Source of the DNA: Nemertoderma westbladi
Lineage: Eukaryota; Animalia; Xenacoelomorpha
Reading direction: 5' to 3'
Assembly (NCBI GenBank): GCA_032718475.1
Contig: JAUCBJ010006455.1
Span: forward strand, 1 to 60,749
DNA: 60,749 nucleotides
Shown: positions 1-13,234 of the stretch, piece after piece
Layout: every line of letters starts with the position of its first letter
Numbering within the stretch: position 1 is the first letter of the stretch
Notes under the pieces: model-generated
Told to the model about the DNA's origin: nothing
What the model saw: the letters and a program-made list of their open reading frames with translations, nothing else
Databases searched by the model: none
Made by a program: the position numbers and the translations under genes

Positions 1-110
1 AAGAATACCAGGTTTACACTTTTCGGTCGAAATTTTATTGTAATTGTATATCTGAAGAATTTGGTCTTTTTTAATTTCTCATTAGGCCTATTAAGTATTA
101 TATAGCGCAT
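1..110. mobile_element. Truncated end of a MITE-like repeat, same family as 54320-54592 (opposite orientation)
   Basis: 1-110 (aagaataccagg...cggtcga...tgaagaatttg...ttaag) aligns colinearly to the reverse complement of about 54480-54582. Confidence 0.65.
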
Positions 111-999
111 GTAGCGCTTAAACGCTTTTTACAAACGCTTGTAGCTAAAGAATGAAACCAAAAATGAAAATTCTGACTCACCTAGTGAGGAAGGAGGTGA
201 AACTATCTATGTTTCAAATTTCATACAATCTCATTAAGATTTGTAAAAAAGAAAATTTGTGGTGGGGGGGGGGGGGCAGTTATGCAGGACCTAAAATTAT
301 TTTATCCCCCCCCCCCCCCCCCGCCCCCATTTTTGGGAACGTGGCTGCGCACCTGTAGAGACTAGCTGATCGTCCGCAAAGGTTACATATACAGAGAGAG
401 ATGTTCTGGACTGTGGAAGTGGCTGAACTCGCAGATTATGTAGCAAAAGCCATGGACACTGAATCGTGTTATGACATGGCGTGTTGGCCTATTGGGCCCG
501 CACCAACTACTGTCAAAGAAAGATATCGCGTTCCAGAACGTGTGTGGGATTGTGGTGGTTTTTGTGTCAATAGACGATTTATATATTTGGAATTCTGGAG
601 AGGGGGCAGCTTTAGTTGGCTGGCAATATCGATTATTAGGTAGTTTTCTTTGCATAAGACGAGGGTGAGACTGTTAAGACATGTTTTGTGGAGAGACAAC
701 GCCCTCTTTAGGTAGGTTAATTTTATTTTGTGCAAACATGTTCGTTGTGGTGCATGGATAACAATAAAAACTAAAAATATTATAAAAATATTACTTACTT
801 CTCTTATTATGGGTTTAGACAAAGCCGACGCTGAGAACATCAGCAGTAGAACTACACACATTATTTCTTAAAAAAACATTGCTGTGCACGTTAAAAAGAA
901 ATGGAATCGAAATGATTTAGCTAACAACAATGTGCTTGAACTTGCCAAGGCAGACAATGATGTTGACACAGAATATGACAGTCTTGATTTCAATGTTTG

Positions 1000-2499
1000 T
1001 GATGCAATATGTAAACAATTAAAATAAAAATATTGCGACAATATTGGCCACTTTGCAGTAGCTATAAATCGAAAAAATGCAGCAGTTGCAACAACATATG
1101 GTGCAACTACAGCAGCCGTTTGGCGTATATGCACTACAACTATTTCAACTAACTAACTAAATATGACTGATTTTATCGGATCCATTAATGTCCCTTCTCA
1201 ACCAGACAGTGGATCACCAGTTTCTATTGCAGGCTTAGAGATTTTCTAAAGAAAATTGACAGACTCATTGAGCCACTGGGACCACCAATACCCGATAAAA
1301 ATGTTTCAGTTGACAGACCCAATTTACAACAAAGGGGGCAAAGTTCAATTTACCATAGATGGTCATAAAACAATAGATGATATAATCATTGTAAATTCAG
1401 TAGACAAAATCTACTTATCACTAAGAGTTTCCAAAGAGCTCCGAATCATAAATTTCCTCACCATCTACCTAAAAATCGGCATAAGGTTTAAGGTTATGAC
1501 ATCTATAAACTCGGTACCGCCATGTTGAGGACATATAGACATTATGGCGAATCGATCATATTGGATTGCAACACTACCAACCTCAACTCCGCGCCGAGTG
1601 TTACCATCATTTATGTTTCTCAACATCTATTTACCCAATACGCAGAGGTATTTTAAGACTAACAATTTCTTTCGAAATTGTTGGTAAACTAAAGAAGAAC
1701 ACACTAAAGGATGGAGTAACACCATTTGCTCTCACAACTGTACAATCTATCCCATTTGCATATCATTCTGCAGTAAAATCAGAGTTAGACAATATGGTGC
1801 AACATATTGTATATTGTAGGAGATATACTAACCAATTGGTGCCACCCAATGGTGGCAATTCCCAAACCAGGTCGCAAAATTAGAATATGTGTCGATTTGA
1901 TGCACCTCAACCATCTGGTGGCTCGAACTATACATCCCACCAAAATCCGGCAGATGCAGCCACTGAACTTTTATCAACATAATTTCTACTGCGAACTTGC
2001 TGCGACAAAAGGCTATTAGCAGATGCCACTAGCAACAGTGTCATATCAATGCACAACATTCATTACAGCATTGGGAAATTTTCGATTTCTTAGATAGCCC
2101 ATTGGATTTATAAGTACTGGTGACTCGTACAGCCTTTGGGGGGACATCCTGGCCTAGACATACAGAAAGTAGTTGACAACATTGTATTTGGACATAATAC
2201 CTATAGTGGTGCTATAGCACTTGCATGTGATGTCTTAGAAAGGTGCGCATAACATGAAGTTACACTCAATAAAAACAAATGCACCTTTGGTGTTCAAAAA
2301 CTATATTTTGTTAGTGATAATATATCAACTGTAGGTATTGAAACTGACCCCATCAAGATCAAGTCTATAGCACAATTTCCAACACTGCAATCAACATTGC
2401 GATCTATTATGGGTCTTGTGAATCAGCTTGGAACATTTCCAACCTCAATTGCTGAAGCAGAAAAGCCACTGAGACCTCTGCTAAGAACATAACCAGTAC
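1000..2499 (+). mobile_element. Decayed Gypsy/Ty3 LTR-retrotransposon gag-pol (5' part)
   Basis: Frameshifted, stop-interrupted translation: zinc-knuckle remnant CDNIGHFA (~1034), protease PDSGSPVS (~1202), IPFAYHSAVKSELDNM, RT motifs WCHPMVAIPKPGRKIRICVDL, GY*QMPL, TTFITALGNFRFLR, VVDN, LNKNKCTFG, LRSIMGLVNQLG, PLRPLL. Confidence 0.88.
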
Positions 2500-3828
2500 C
2501 CTGGAGCCCATTTTGGCACTTAGAAGGATAATTGAAGAGTTATCAAAAAAGAAAGACAGGCATCTGGCTGTTATCTTTGTTGACTTCTTCAAGGCCTTTG
2601 ATTCAGTCTCTCGCTCACGTATGTTCAGCATACTATCATTATACAGTTATATGGGATTCCTGATGAAATTATTGCAGCAATAATATCAGTATACGATGGT
2701 TCGACAACATTTGTGTCTACTGTTGATGGTGACACAGAACCATTTGAAGTGTTATTGGGAGTCATCCAGGGAGACACACTTGCGCCATTCTTGTAAATAA
2801 TTGTGGTTGACTATATTCTACGCATGTCCTTAGATCATCATAATGATGATGGGGTGGTGGTAACTCCACCTACTGGCTCCAGAAGTCGAGGAAATTCTGC
2901 CAAGTACCTAACTTATCTAGACTTGGCTGATGACTTAAGAGTATTCTCAGAATCACTAGAGGGAGCGCAATGGCTCATCAGCTCATTAGCTGCTTCTAGT
3001 GTTCGTCTTTTTATTAACTCCGAAAAGACTAAAATTTTGACAGTTAACTTTGAAAGTCTCAGCAAGTATCTGACCGGATGAGCATAAGCTCAAAGGATGA
3101 TATGCTTGAACATGTGGACTACTTCTGTTACCTGGGATCATGGATCCGGAAGTCAGGTGAGGACCTTCGAATACGTAAGGGAAAGGCATGGGCAGCCTTG
3201 AATAGGCTTTCCAGGATCTATTAAGTCACATAGAATTAGTCGGAAACTTAATTTCCAATTATTTAGAGCAGCAGTAGTTCCTGTACTCCTCTATTGGAGT
3301 CCATGCTGGGCTCTAACTGTAGTACCTTCTAGTTCTAACTGTAGTACCTTCTAGTTCTAACTGTAGTAACTGATATCTGTATCAGTATCTGTCATTGCCG
3401 ACTTTGCAAAAACTGTGCCCATCAAAATGTTATAAATCTCTGGATGGCACATTCACAAGAATGATACGCCGGGTTCACTGTGTCAAGTACAATACACAGA
3501 TCTCCAACCAGTCACTATATAACATAGGAGGTGACGCATTGGTTCCCCCAAGCTTGACACTAGAACAACGCCGCCTGCAGGACATTGCTTTCGCCATGAG
3601 GATCAGCCAGTGCATAATCATGCGCTTGGCGGCCTCATTTGAGTGAATAAGCATGGTGGACAGCGCAAGACTTTCTTGAGACGGATCTTAAAGGACACTG
3701 GCCTTGAAGATGAGGATGATCTAGCAAATGTCATGGGTGATAAGGAGTTGTGGAGGTGCAACTTTGTCGACAGGCCGGCACAGCATTCTTGAAAATGCAG
3801 CTACAATGCAGCATGCCGATCCTAGTAG
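2500..3828 (+). mobile_element. RTE-clade LINE, 5'-truncated decayed copy 1, inserted in the Gypsy pol
   Basis: High nucleotide identity to 36840-38070; ends gccgatcc(TAG)2; several stops and indels; degenerate TSD taaccagtac (2490-2499) / taatcagttc (3829-3838). Confidence 0.92.
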
Positions 3829-3930
3829 TAATCAGTTCAAACTGATCATGAACTGGCCTTTGATGCAGTACACAAAGCCCATCCATAATTTCTGAGCATA
3901 TTATATGAAAAGGATGCATACTACACTATA
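3829..3930 (+). mobile_element. Gypsy pol resuming after the LINE (RT-RNase H connection)
   Basis: Reads NQF..TDHELAFDAVHKA, the expected continuation of PLRPLL.HNQ left of the LINE. Confidence 0.7.
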
Positions 3931-5552
3931 ATAAGTGAATAGTCTTATATAATAGTCGACCAAAATTCTTCAAAATCGAAACGTTTCCAGATGTATTATT
4001 AATATTATAAACTTTTTAATTATATTTACAATGTATGCGGCTCATGACTTTACGGCACTTGAAAACTAATCAACCTTTTTATACCAAAAAACTTTGTACA
4101 ACGTTTTTCATATATACACAACTTTTTGATTTATTACTATGTCATACTGAATCTAAACTGGCCATGGAAATTAAATAATTTAATGTTAATTTAATTATCC
4201 ACAAACTATAGTCCAGCAGGTTTTATGGCATACAGCGAGTGTTGGTTCCCCTTGAGATGATATAAATACCTATCGTTATTTCGCAATATACCATATAGTA
4301 AAAGTATAATATTCGAAGGGGCAGCTCCACTCCTCATGAATCAACTGTCATCTCAGCGACATGGCTTAAAGTCCGGCTTCTACAGCTTTATATATTCATA
4401 TACAGTGTTTTATACGTTGTCAATAGGCCTCACGGGATTATCGGCGTGTACAGTGCACACACTTATTGACACAACCTATACCCCATATGCATACTCTTAT
4501 TCACAGAAAAGGATTGCAAAACATTATTTTCCATTACCATTGTAACAACCATCATAAAAACTTCTTCCCTTTTTACATGCCAATATTTTACTACTAATAT
4601 AACACAACAGACCATAAATATTGTACAAATTCTTGAAGACACAACATTATAAGTAACTTTTGCACTGTATTGCTTTATCATAACTGTTAGTGGCTTATTA
4701 TATTATGGTCTGCCTGTCAACCTCAACTTTCCTTTATGTATCATATAGTTATAGAATTATCAAATCACTTTATGAATGGAGAATTCTATAATTAGGATAA
4801 TCATTTGAAATCATTTTGCAATTTGTATATAGTTAGTATTTTGACAGGTTGACATTAACTGTTATGCTGGTTAGTTGCGATTGTATAAAAGTTGACGTGA
4901 CATTTTAGATGTTGCAATTGAAAATACTATATTCAGCACAAATACCATGTCTTAATTTATTTTAGTAATTTAGATAGGTACCTGCAAATCGTAATAATAG
5001 CACAGTAAGTGTACATATACGTTTTAATCTTTTCCATAACAACAATGACTAAAGATATGGTGCAATTGGTAGTTTCTGATGGTGGCACTTTCATGAAAAA
5101 GTCGAAATTAAGGATTTACCTCAAAAATTGATATGAGGACTGTCGTTATTTCAAATTTTATTTCAACAATTTTACATTACTTGAGTTGAACACTATAAAT
5201 CTCAATTAAAGTTGTATCTTATATTAATTGTGGAATGATGGGAACCTAACACTTCTCAGCTCTGGAGGGAGAGTGATTTTAATATGCCACTGAGCCTGGT
5301 AGTTGGTATTGTCTTACTCTTCGTCGTGGTTACCTTACAATCAAAATATAAATAATAATAATATTAAGTAAAAGTAACCGTAATGGATATTGTTAAAATT
5401 ATGTGAATTTTTTCTACTTTAATATTCTACTCAATAGCTCAATTCCTATTATAATGTTTCAGAAGTTTCACCAAAAATGTAAAACTTTTTTAAAAAGTAA
5501 GACTTCATATGCTGTTTTACATCATTAAGTCGTTTGATAATGTTAAAAAATA

Positions 5553-8500
5553 ACTTGCAATGAATCCACCTCGATACTTTTTGTAAAGCACTTGCAATAA
5601 ATCCACCTCGATACTTTTTGTAAAGCACTTGCAATGAATCCACCTCGATACTTTTTGTAAAGCACTTGCAATGAATCCACCTCGATACTTTTTGTAAAGC
5701 ACTTGCAATGAATCCACCTCGATACTTTTTGTAAAGCACTTGCAATGAATCCACCTCGATACTTTTTGTAAAGCACTTGCAATGAATCCACCTCGATACT
5801 TTTTGTAAAGCACTTGCAATGAATCCACCTCGATACTTTTTGTAAAGCACTTGCAATGAATCCACCTCGATACTTTTTGAAAGCACTTGCAATAAATCCA
5901 CCTCGATACTTTTTGTAAAGCACTTGCAATGAATCCACCTCGATACTTTTTGTAAAGCACTTGCAATGAATCCACCTCGATACTTTTTGTAAAGCACTTG
6001 CAATGAATCCACCTCGATACTTTTTGTAAAGCACTTGCAATAAATCCACCTCGATACTTTTTGTAAAGCACTTGCAATGATTCCACCTCGATACTTTTTG
6101 TAAAGCACTTGCAATGAATCCACCTCGATACTTTTTGTAAAGCACTTGCAATGAATCCACCTCGATACTTTTTGTAAAGCACTTGCAATAAATCCACCTC
6201 GATACTTTTTGTAAAGCACTTGCAATGAATCCACCTCGATACTTTTTGTAAAGCACTTGCAATGAATCCACCTCGATACTTTTTGTAAAGCACTTGCAAT
6301 GAATCCACCTCGATACTTTTTGTAAAGCACTTGCAATGAATCCACCTCGATACTTTTTGTAAAGCACTTGCAATAAATCCACCTCGATACTTTTTGTAAA
6401 GCACTTGCAATGAATCCACCTCGATACTTTTTGTAAAGCACTTGCAATAATTCCACCTCGATACTTTTTGTAAAGCGCTTGCAATGAATCCACCTCGATA
6501 CTTTTTGTAAAGCACTTGCAATGAATCCACCTCGATACTTTTTGTAAAGCACTTGCAATGAATCCACCTCGATACTTTTTGTAAAGCACTTGCAATGAAT
6601 CCACGTCGATACTTTTGTAAAGCACTTGCAATAAATCCACCTCGATACTTTTTGTAAAGCACTTGCAATGAATCCACCTCGATACTTTTTGTAAAGCACT
6701 TGCAATGAATCCACCTCGATACCTTTTGTAAAGCATTTGCAATGAATCCACCTCGATACTTTTTGTAAAGCACTTGCAATGAATCCACCTCGATACTTTT
6801 TGTAAAGCACTTGCAATAAATCCACCTCGATACTTTTTGTAAAGCACTTGCAATGAATCCACCTCGATACTTTTTGTAAAGCACTTGCAATGAATCCACC
6901 TCGATACTTTTTGTAAAGCACTTGCAATGAATCCACCTCGATACTTTTTGTAAAGCACTTGCAATGAATCCACCTCGATACTTTTGTAAAGCACTTGCAA
7001 TAAATCCACCTCGATACTTTTAGTAAAGCACTTGCAATGAATCCACCTCGATACTTTTTGTAAAGCACTTGCAATGAATCCACCTCGATACTTTTTGTAA
7101 AGCACTTGCAATGAATCCACCTCGATACTTTTTGTAAAGCACTTGCAATGAATCCACCTCGATACTTTTTGTAAAGCACTTGCAATGAATCCACCTCGAT
7201 ACTTTTTGTAAAGCACTTGCAATGAATCCACCTCGATACTATTTGTAAAGCACTTGCAATGAATCCACCTCGATACTTTTTGTAAAGCACTTGCAATGAA
7301 TCCACCTCGATACTTTTTGTAAAGCACTTGCAATGAATCCACTTCGATACTTTTTGTAAAGCACTTGCAATAAATCCACCTCGATACTTTTTGTAAAGCA
7401 CTTGCAATGAATCCACCTCGATACTTTTTGTAAAGCACTTGCAATAAATCCACCTCGATACTTTTTGTAAAGCAGTTGCAATGAATCCACCTCGATACTT
7501 TTTGTAAAGCATTTGCAATGAATCCACCTCGATACTTTTTGTAAAGCACTTGCAATGAATCCACCTCGATACTTTTTGTAAAGCACTTGCAATGAATCCA
7601 CCTCGATACTTTTTGTAAAGCACTTGCAATGAATCCACCTCGATACTTTTTGTAAAGCACTTGCAATAAATCCACCTCGATACTTTTTATAAAGCACTTG
7701 CAATGAATCCACCTCGATACTTTTCGTAAAGCACTTGCAATGAATCCACCTCGATACTTTTTGTAAAGCACTTGCAATAAATCCACCTCGATACTTTTTA
7801 TAAAGCACTTGCAATGAATCCACCTCGATACTTTTTGTAAAGCACTTGCAATGAATCCACCTCGATACTTTTTGTAAAGCACTTGCAATGAATCCACCTC
7901 GATACTTTTTGTAAAGCACTTGCAATGAATCCACCTCGATACTTTTTGTAAAGCACTTGCAATGAATCCACCTCGATACTTTTTGTAAAGCACTTGCAAT
8001 GAATCCACCTCGATACTTTTTGTAAAGCACTTGCAATGAATCCACCTCGATACTTTTTGTAAAGCACTTGCAATAAATCCACCTCGATACTTTTTGTAAA
8101 GCACTTGCAATGAATCCACCTCGATACTTTTTGTAAAGCACTTGCAATGAATCCACCTCGATACTTTTTGTAAAGCACTTGCAATGAATCCACCTCGATA
8201 CTTTTTGTAAAGCACTTGCAATGAATCCACCTCGATACTTTTTGTAAAGCACTTGCAATAAATCCACCTCGATACTTTTTGTAAAGCACTTGCAATGAAT
8301 CCACCTCGATACTTTTTGTAAAGCACTTGCAATAATTCCACCTCGATACTTTTTGTAAAGCGCTTGCAATGAATCCACCTCGATACTTTTTGTAAAGCAC
8401 TTGCAATGAATCCACCTCGATACTTTTTGTAAAGCACTTGCAATGAATCCACGTCGATACTTTTGTAAAGCACTTGCAATAAATCCACCTCGATACTTTT

Positions 8501-9813
8501 TGTAAAGCACTTGCAATGAATCCACCTCGATACTTTTTGTAAAGCACTTGCAATGAATCCACCTCGATACCTTTTGTAAAGCATTTGCAATGAATCCACC
8601 TCGATACTTTTTGTAAAGCACTTGCAATGAATCCACCTCGATACTTTTTGTAAAGCACTTGCAATAAATCCACCTCGATACTTTTTGTAAAGCACTTGCA
8701 ATGAATCCACCTCGATACTTTTTGTAAAGCACTTGCAATGAATCCACCTCGATACTTTTTGTAAAGCACTTGCAATGAATCCACCTCGATACTTTTTGTA
8801 AAGCACTTGCAATGAATCCACCTCGATACTTTTGTAAAGCACTTGCAATAAATCCACCTCGATACTTTTAGTAAAGCACTTGCAATGAATCCACCTCGAT
8901 ACTTTTTGTAAAGCACTTGCAATGAATCCACCTCGATACTTTTTGTAAAGCACTTGCAATGAATCCACCTCGATACTTTTTGTAAAGCACTTGCAATGAA
9001 TCCACCTCGATACTTTTTGTAAAGCACTTGCAATGAATCCACCTCGATACTTTTTGTAAAGCACTTGCAATGAATCCACCTCGATACTATTTGTAAAGCA
9101 CTTGCAATGAATCCACCTCGATACTTTTTGTAAAGCACTTGCAATGAATCCACCTCGATACTTTTTGTAAAGCACTTGCAATGAATCCACTTCGATACTT
9201 TTTGTAAAGCACTTGCAATAAATCCACCTCGATACTTTTTGTAAAGCACTTGCAATGAATCCACCTCGATACTTTTTGTAAAGCACTTGCAATAAATCCA
9301 CCTCGATACTTTTTGTAAAGCAGTTGCAATGAATCCACCTCGATACTTTTTGTAAAGCATTTGCAATGAATCCACCTCGATACTTTTTGTAAAGCACTTG
9401 CAATGAATCCACCTCGATACTTTTCGTAAAGCACTTGCAATGAATCCACCTCGATACTTTTTGTAAAGCACTTGCAATAAATCCACCTCGATACTTTTTA
9501 TAAAGCACTTGCAATGAATCCACCTCGATACTTTTTGTAAAGCACTTGCAATGAATCCACCTCGATACTTTTTGTAAAGCACTTGCAATGAATCCACCTC
9601 GATACTTTTTGTAAAGCACTTGCAATGAATCCACCTCGATACTTTTTGTAAAGCACTTGCAATGAATCCACCTCGATACTTTTTGTAAAGCACTTGCAAT
9701 GAATCCACCTCGATACTTTTTGTAAAGCACTTGCAATGAATCCACCTCGATATTTTTTGGAAAGCACTTGCAATGAATCCACCTCGATACTTTTTGTAAA
9801 GCACATGCAATGA
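5553..9813. repeat. 37-bp satellite, about 115 copies (acttgcaatgaatccacctcgatactttttgtaaagc)
   Basis: Head-to-tail near-identical monomers with no spacers; contains a ~1848-bp higher-order duplication. Confidence 0.98.
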
Positions 9814-11570
9814 GTGCCAATAATTGTTTCATGATCAGAAAGGCTCAAAAGTACTTAGCAATAAATATGCAGGTAGTTTTACTACAAATTTCCAAAACTT
9901 TACACCCGTTGCTATGACATTTACAACCATTTATGGCTGACTTTTTATTTTACGGAAAGAAGAGCTTTCTCAGTTTGGAATGATTATGATAAAGACACAA
10001 TGTCCATTATTTGAGGGACATCAGTATGTGAATTGATGGTCAGTATGTTTGAAGTAAATGTAAGTTGGTTATTATTATATGAATCGGCGTTTGCCTTGTA
10101 GAACAATAAATCATTAGAGCTACTTGGGCCGCATATTGGGAAGAAACAAAATTGCTTGTGTATCAAGCGTCATTGTATTTAATTGCTTTGCCCTCGCAAT
10201 AACGAAATATACGCTATATAATTGCCATGTGTATAAATAAAATCTACATATACACACAATATTTAACTGGGGAATTGCTTGTTAGAAAGGCAAAACTCTC
10301 TGAATGAAATCATTGATTTACTGCTGGCGTTATAAAATGTTCAGGCTTTCTGCATTTTATTGATTGTAATATTGGATGGGACACTTGTGTAGTCACTACT
10401 GGTACCCCAGCTAGCGTTCTATTCGCATAAATGAACCCAGTAGAGGCTAGCTAAACATTCCTCATAAACTTACTTTGAAGGAATTATTGCACACCACTGT
10501 AATGCTACTGCTATCAAACTACCTGTGTGTAGTTCCTGACTATGAGCCATAGCCTGCTGCAGTGCTGCCACCACAATTTTCGGCTAAGCCGAGTAATCAA
10601 TACCTTAGAATGCATTTATACCTTCGCAAACATGCCACGAATATATAAAGGCCTAAGGTTAAACAGCCCTATGTGAAGGCCATGTATTTTCATATAACCC
10701 GGCTTTAGATATGCTGACTGAGTGAACTAAAGGCTGTCCGGGCAGTCAGATACCATTAACTAACTAAACCTCACCGCATTAAGTTTAACTGCAGTAAAGC
10801 CGATCATTTTACTGACATATTAAGTAACTTTAAGTATTTGAACTTCTGTGGGAATGCTAATTGAAGGACCTTAGTTTCTATAGGCTGCCAATTTATGTAT
10901 TTTAGTTTTTAGTTTTTATTTATATGAATAAATCAATAGATTGAAAACTTGGTTTATTTTGATCTCTGCTTCCTTAAAATGGGAGGGTTATTGATTGCGA
11001 GTAGGTTCTTCCTTCGATTCCTTCCTCAATAATACACCTTGTTTGTGCGCCAAGTTTAAATTCAATTTTACAAAAAAAAAAATATGCGTTTCATATTCTA
11101 GCACATTGTGGTATATATCACAATATCATTACAATGATCTTGAGTACTTTGTTTTATAGCGAAATATTTTAAGAAATCTATAGCAAAGGTAAACAAGTTA
11201 CAGGGAATAATTTGAAAATTAAAAGGTTTTAAAATTTATTACATTAAAAATAAAAAATAAATCACGTTATCAAATAGTTAATTACCTATCCTAATTACCT
11301 GCTCCACAAATTTACTCAGCTTTTCAATGTTGTAGAATTAAATTACAACCACTGATGGGTTACGATAAAACTTGTGATTTTCAAAGTTAAATATGACACA
11401 GATTCATTTTATTATAATTTTCGGTGAGCCCAGCTTGCATATTCAGAATTGATAACTTATCTTAATTGTTTGCTTTCATATTAATACCATTAATATATTT
11501 TGTAGCACATCAATCAATATCTAAGAAGCGAGGAATTCGCAATGCGAAATTGTAAAATAGCGTAAGTAGG

Positions 11571-13234
11571 CTTAATAGTATATATACATAACGCGTCATT
11601 AGATCCTATGGTCGTTATTTCTTAATAGTATATATACGTAACGCGTCATTAGATCCTATGGTCGTTATTTCTTAATAGTATATATACATAACACGTCATT
11701 AGATCCTATGGTCGTTATTTCTTAATAGTATATATACATAACGCGTCATTAGATCCTATAGTCGTTATTTCTTAATAGTATATATACATAACGCGTCATT
11801 AGATCATATGGTCGTTATTTCTTAACAGGATATATACGTAACGCGTCATTAGATCCTATGGTCGTTATTTCTTATTAGGATATATACGTAACGCGTCATT
11901 AGATCCTATGGTCGTTATTTCTTAATAGTATATATACATAACGCGTCATTAGATCCTATAGTCGTTATTTCTTAATAGTATATATACATAACGCGTCATT
12001 AGATCCTATAGTCGTTATTTCTTAATAGTATATATACATAACGCGTCATTAGATCCTATAGTCGTTATTTCTTAATAGTATATATACATAACGCGTCATT
12101 AGATCCTATAGTCGTTATTTCTTAATAGTATATATACATAACGCGTCATTAGATCATATGGTCGTTATTTCTTAACAGGATATATACGTAACGCGTCATT
12201 AGATCCTATGGTCGTTATTTCTTAATAGTATATATACATAACACGTCATTAGATCCTATGGTCGTTATTTCGTTATAGTATATATACGTAACGCGTCATT
12301 AGATCCTATGGTCGTTATTTCTTAATAGTATATATACATAACACGTCATTAGATCCTATGGTCGTTATTTCTTAATAGTATATATACATAACGCGTCATT
12401 AGATCCTATAGTCGTTATTTCTTAATAGTATATATACATAACGCGTCATTAGATCATATGGTCGTTATTTCTTAACAGGATATATACGTAACGCGTCATT
12501 AGATCCTATGGTCGTTATTTCTTATTAGGATATATACGTAACGCGTCATTAGATCCTATGGTCGTTATTTCTTAATAGTATATATACATAACGCGTCATT
12601 AGATCCTATAGTCGTTATTTCTTAATAGTATATATACATAACGCGTCATTAGATCCTATAGTCGTTATTTCTTAATAGTATATATACATAACGCGTCATT
12701 AGATCCTATAGTCGTTATTTCTTAATAGTATATATACATAACGCGTCATTAGATCCTATAGTCGTTATTTCTTAATAGTATATATACATAACGCGTCATT
12801 AGATCATATGGTCGTTATTTCTTAACAGGATATATACGTAACGCGTCATTAGATCCTATGGTCGTTATTTCTTATTAGGATATATACGTAACGCGTCATT
12901 AGATCCTATGGTCGTTATTTCTTAATAGTATATATACATAACGCGTCATTAGATCATATGGTCGTTATTTCTTAACAGGATATATACGAAATACCGTCAT
13001 TAGATCCTATGGTATGGTCGTTATTTCTTAATAGGATATATACGTAACGAGTCATTAGATCCTATGGTCGTTATTTCTTTATAGTATATATATGTAACGC
13101 GTTATTAGATCCTATGGTCGTTATTTCTTAACAAGATATATACGTAATACCGTCATTAGATCCTATGGTATGGTCGTTATTTCTTAATAGGATATATACG
13201 TAATACCGTCATTAGATCCTATGGTCGTTATTTC
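11571..13234. repeat. 50-bp satellite, about 33 copies (cttaatagtatatatacataacgcgtcattagatcctatggtcgttattt)
   Basis: Exact 50-bp period to ~12990, then degenerate; the variant order repeats at a 650-bp offset. Confidence 0.98.

Noticed and set aside
5553-9813. CRISPR array (37-bp repeat length is CRISPR-like)
   Set aside because: Repeats are head-to-tail with no unique spacers, there are no cas genes, and the context is eukaryotic.
5449-9848. Long minus-strand ORFs (up to 1429 aa) as protein-coding genes
   Set aside because: All frames give the same cyclic peptide because the monomer lacks stops; not annotated as CDS without expression data.
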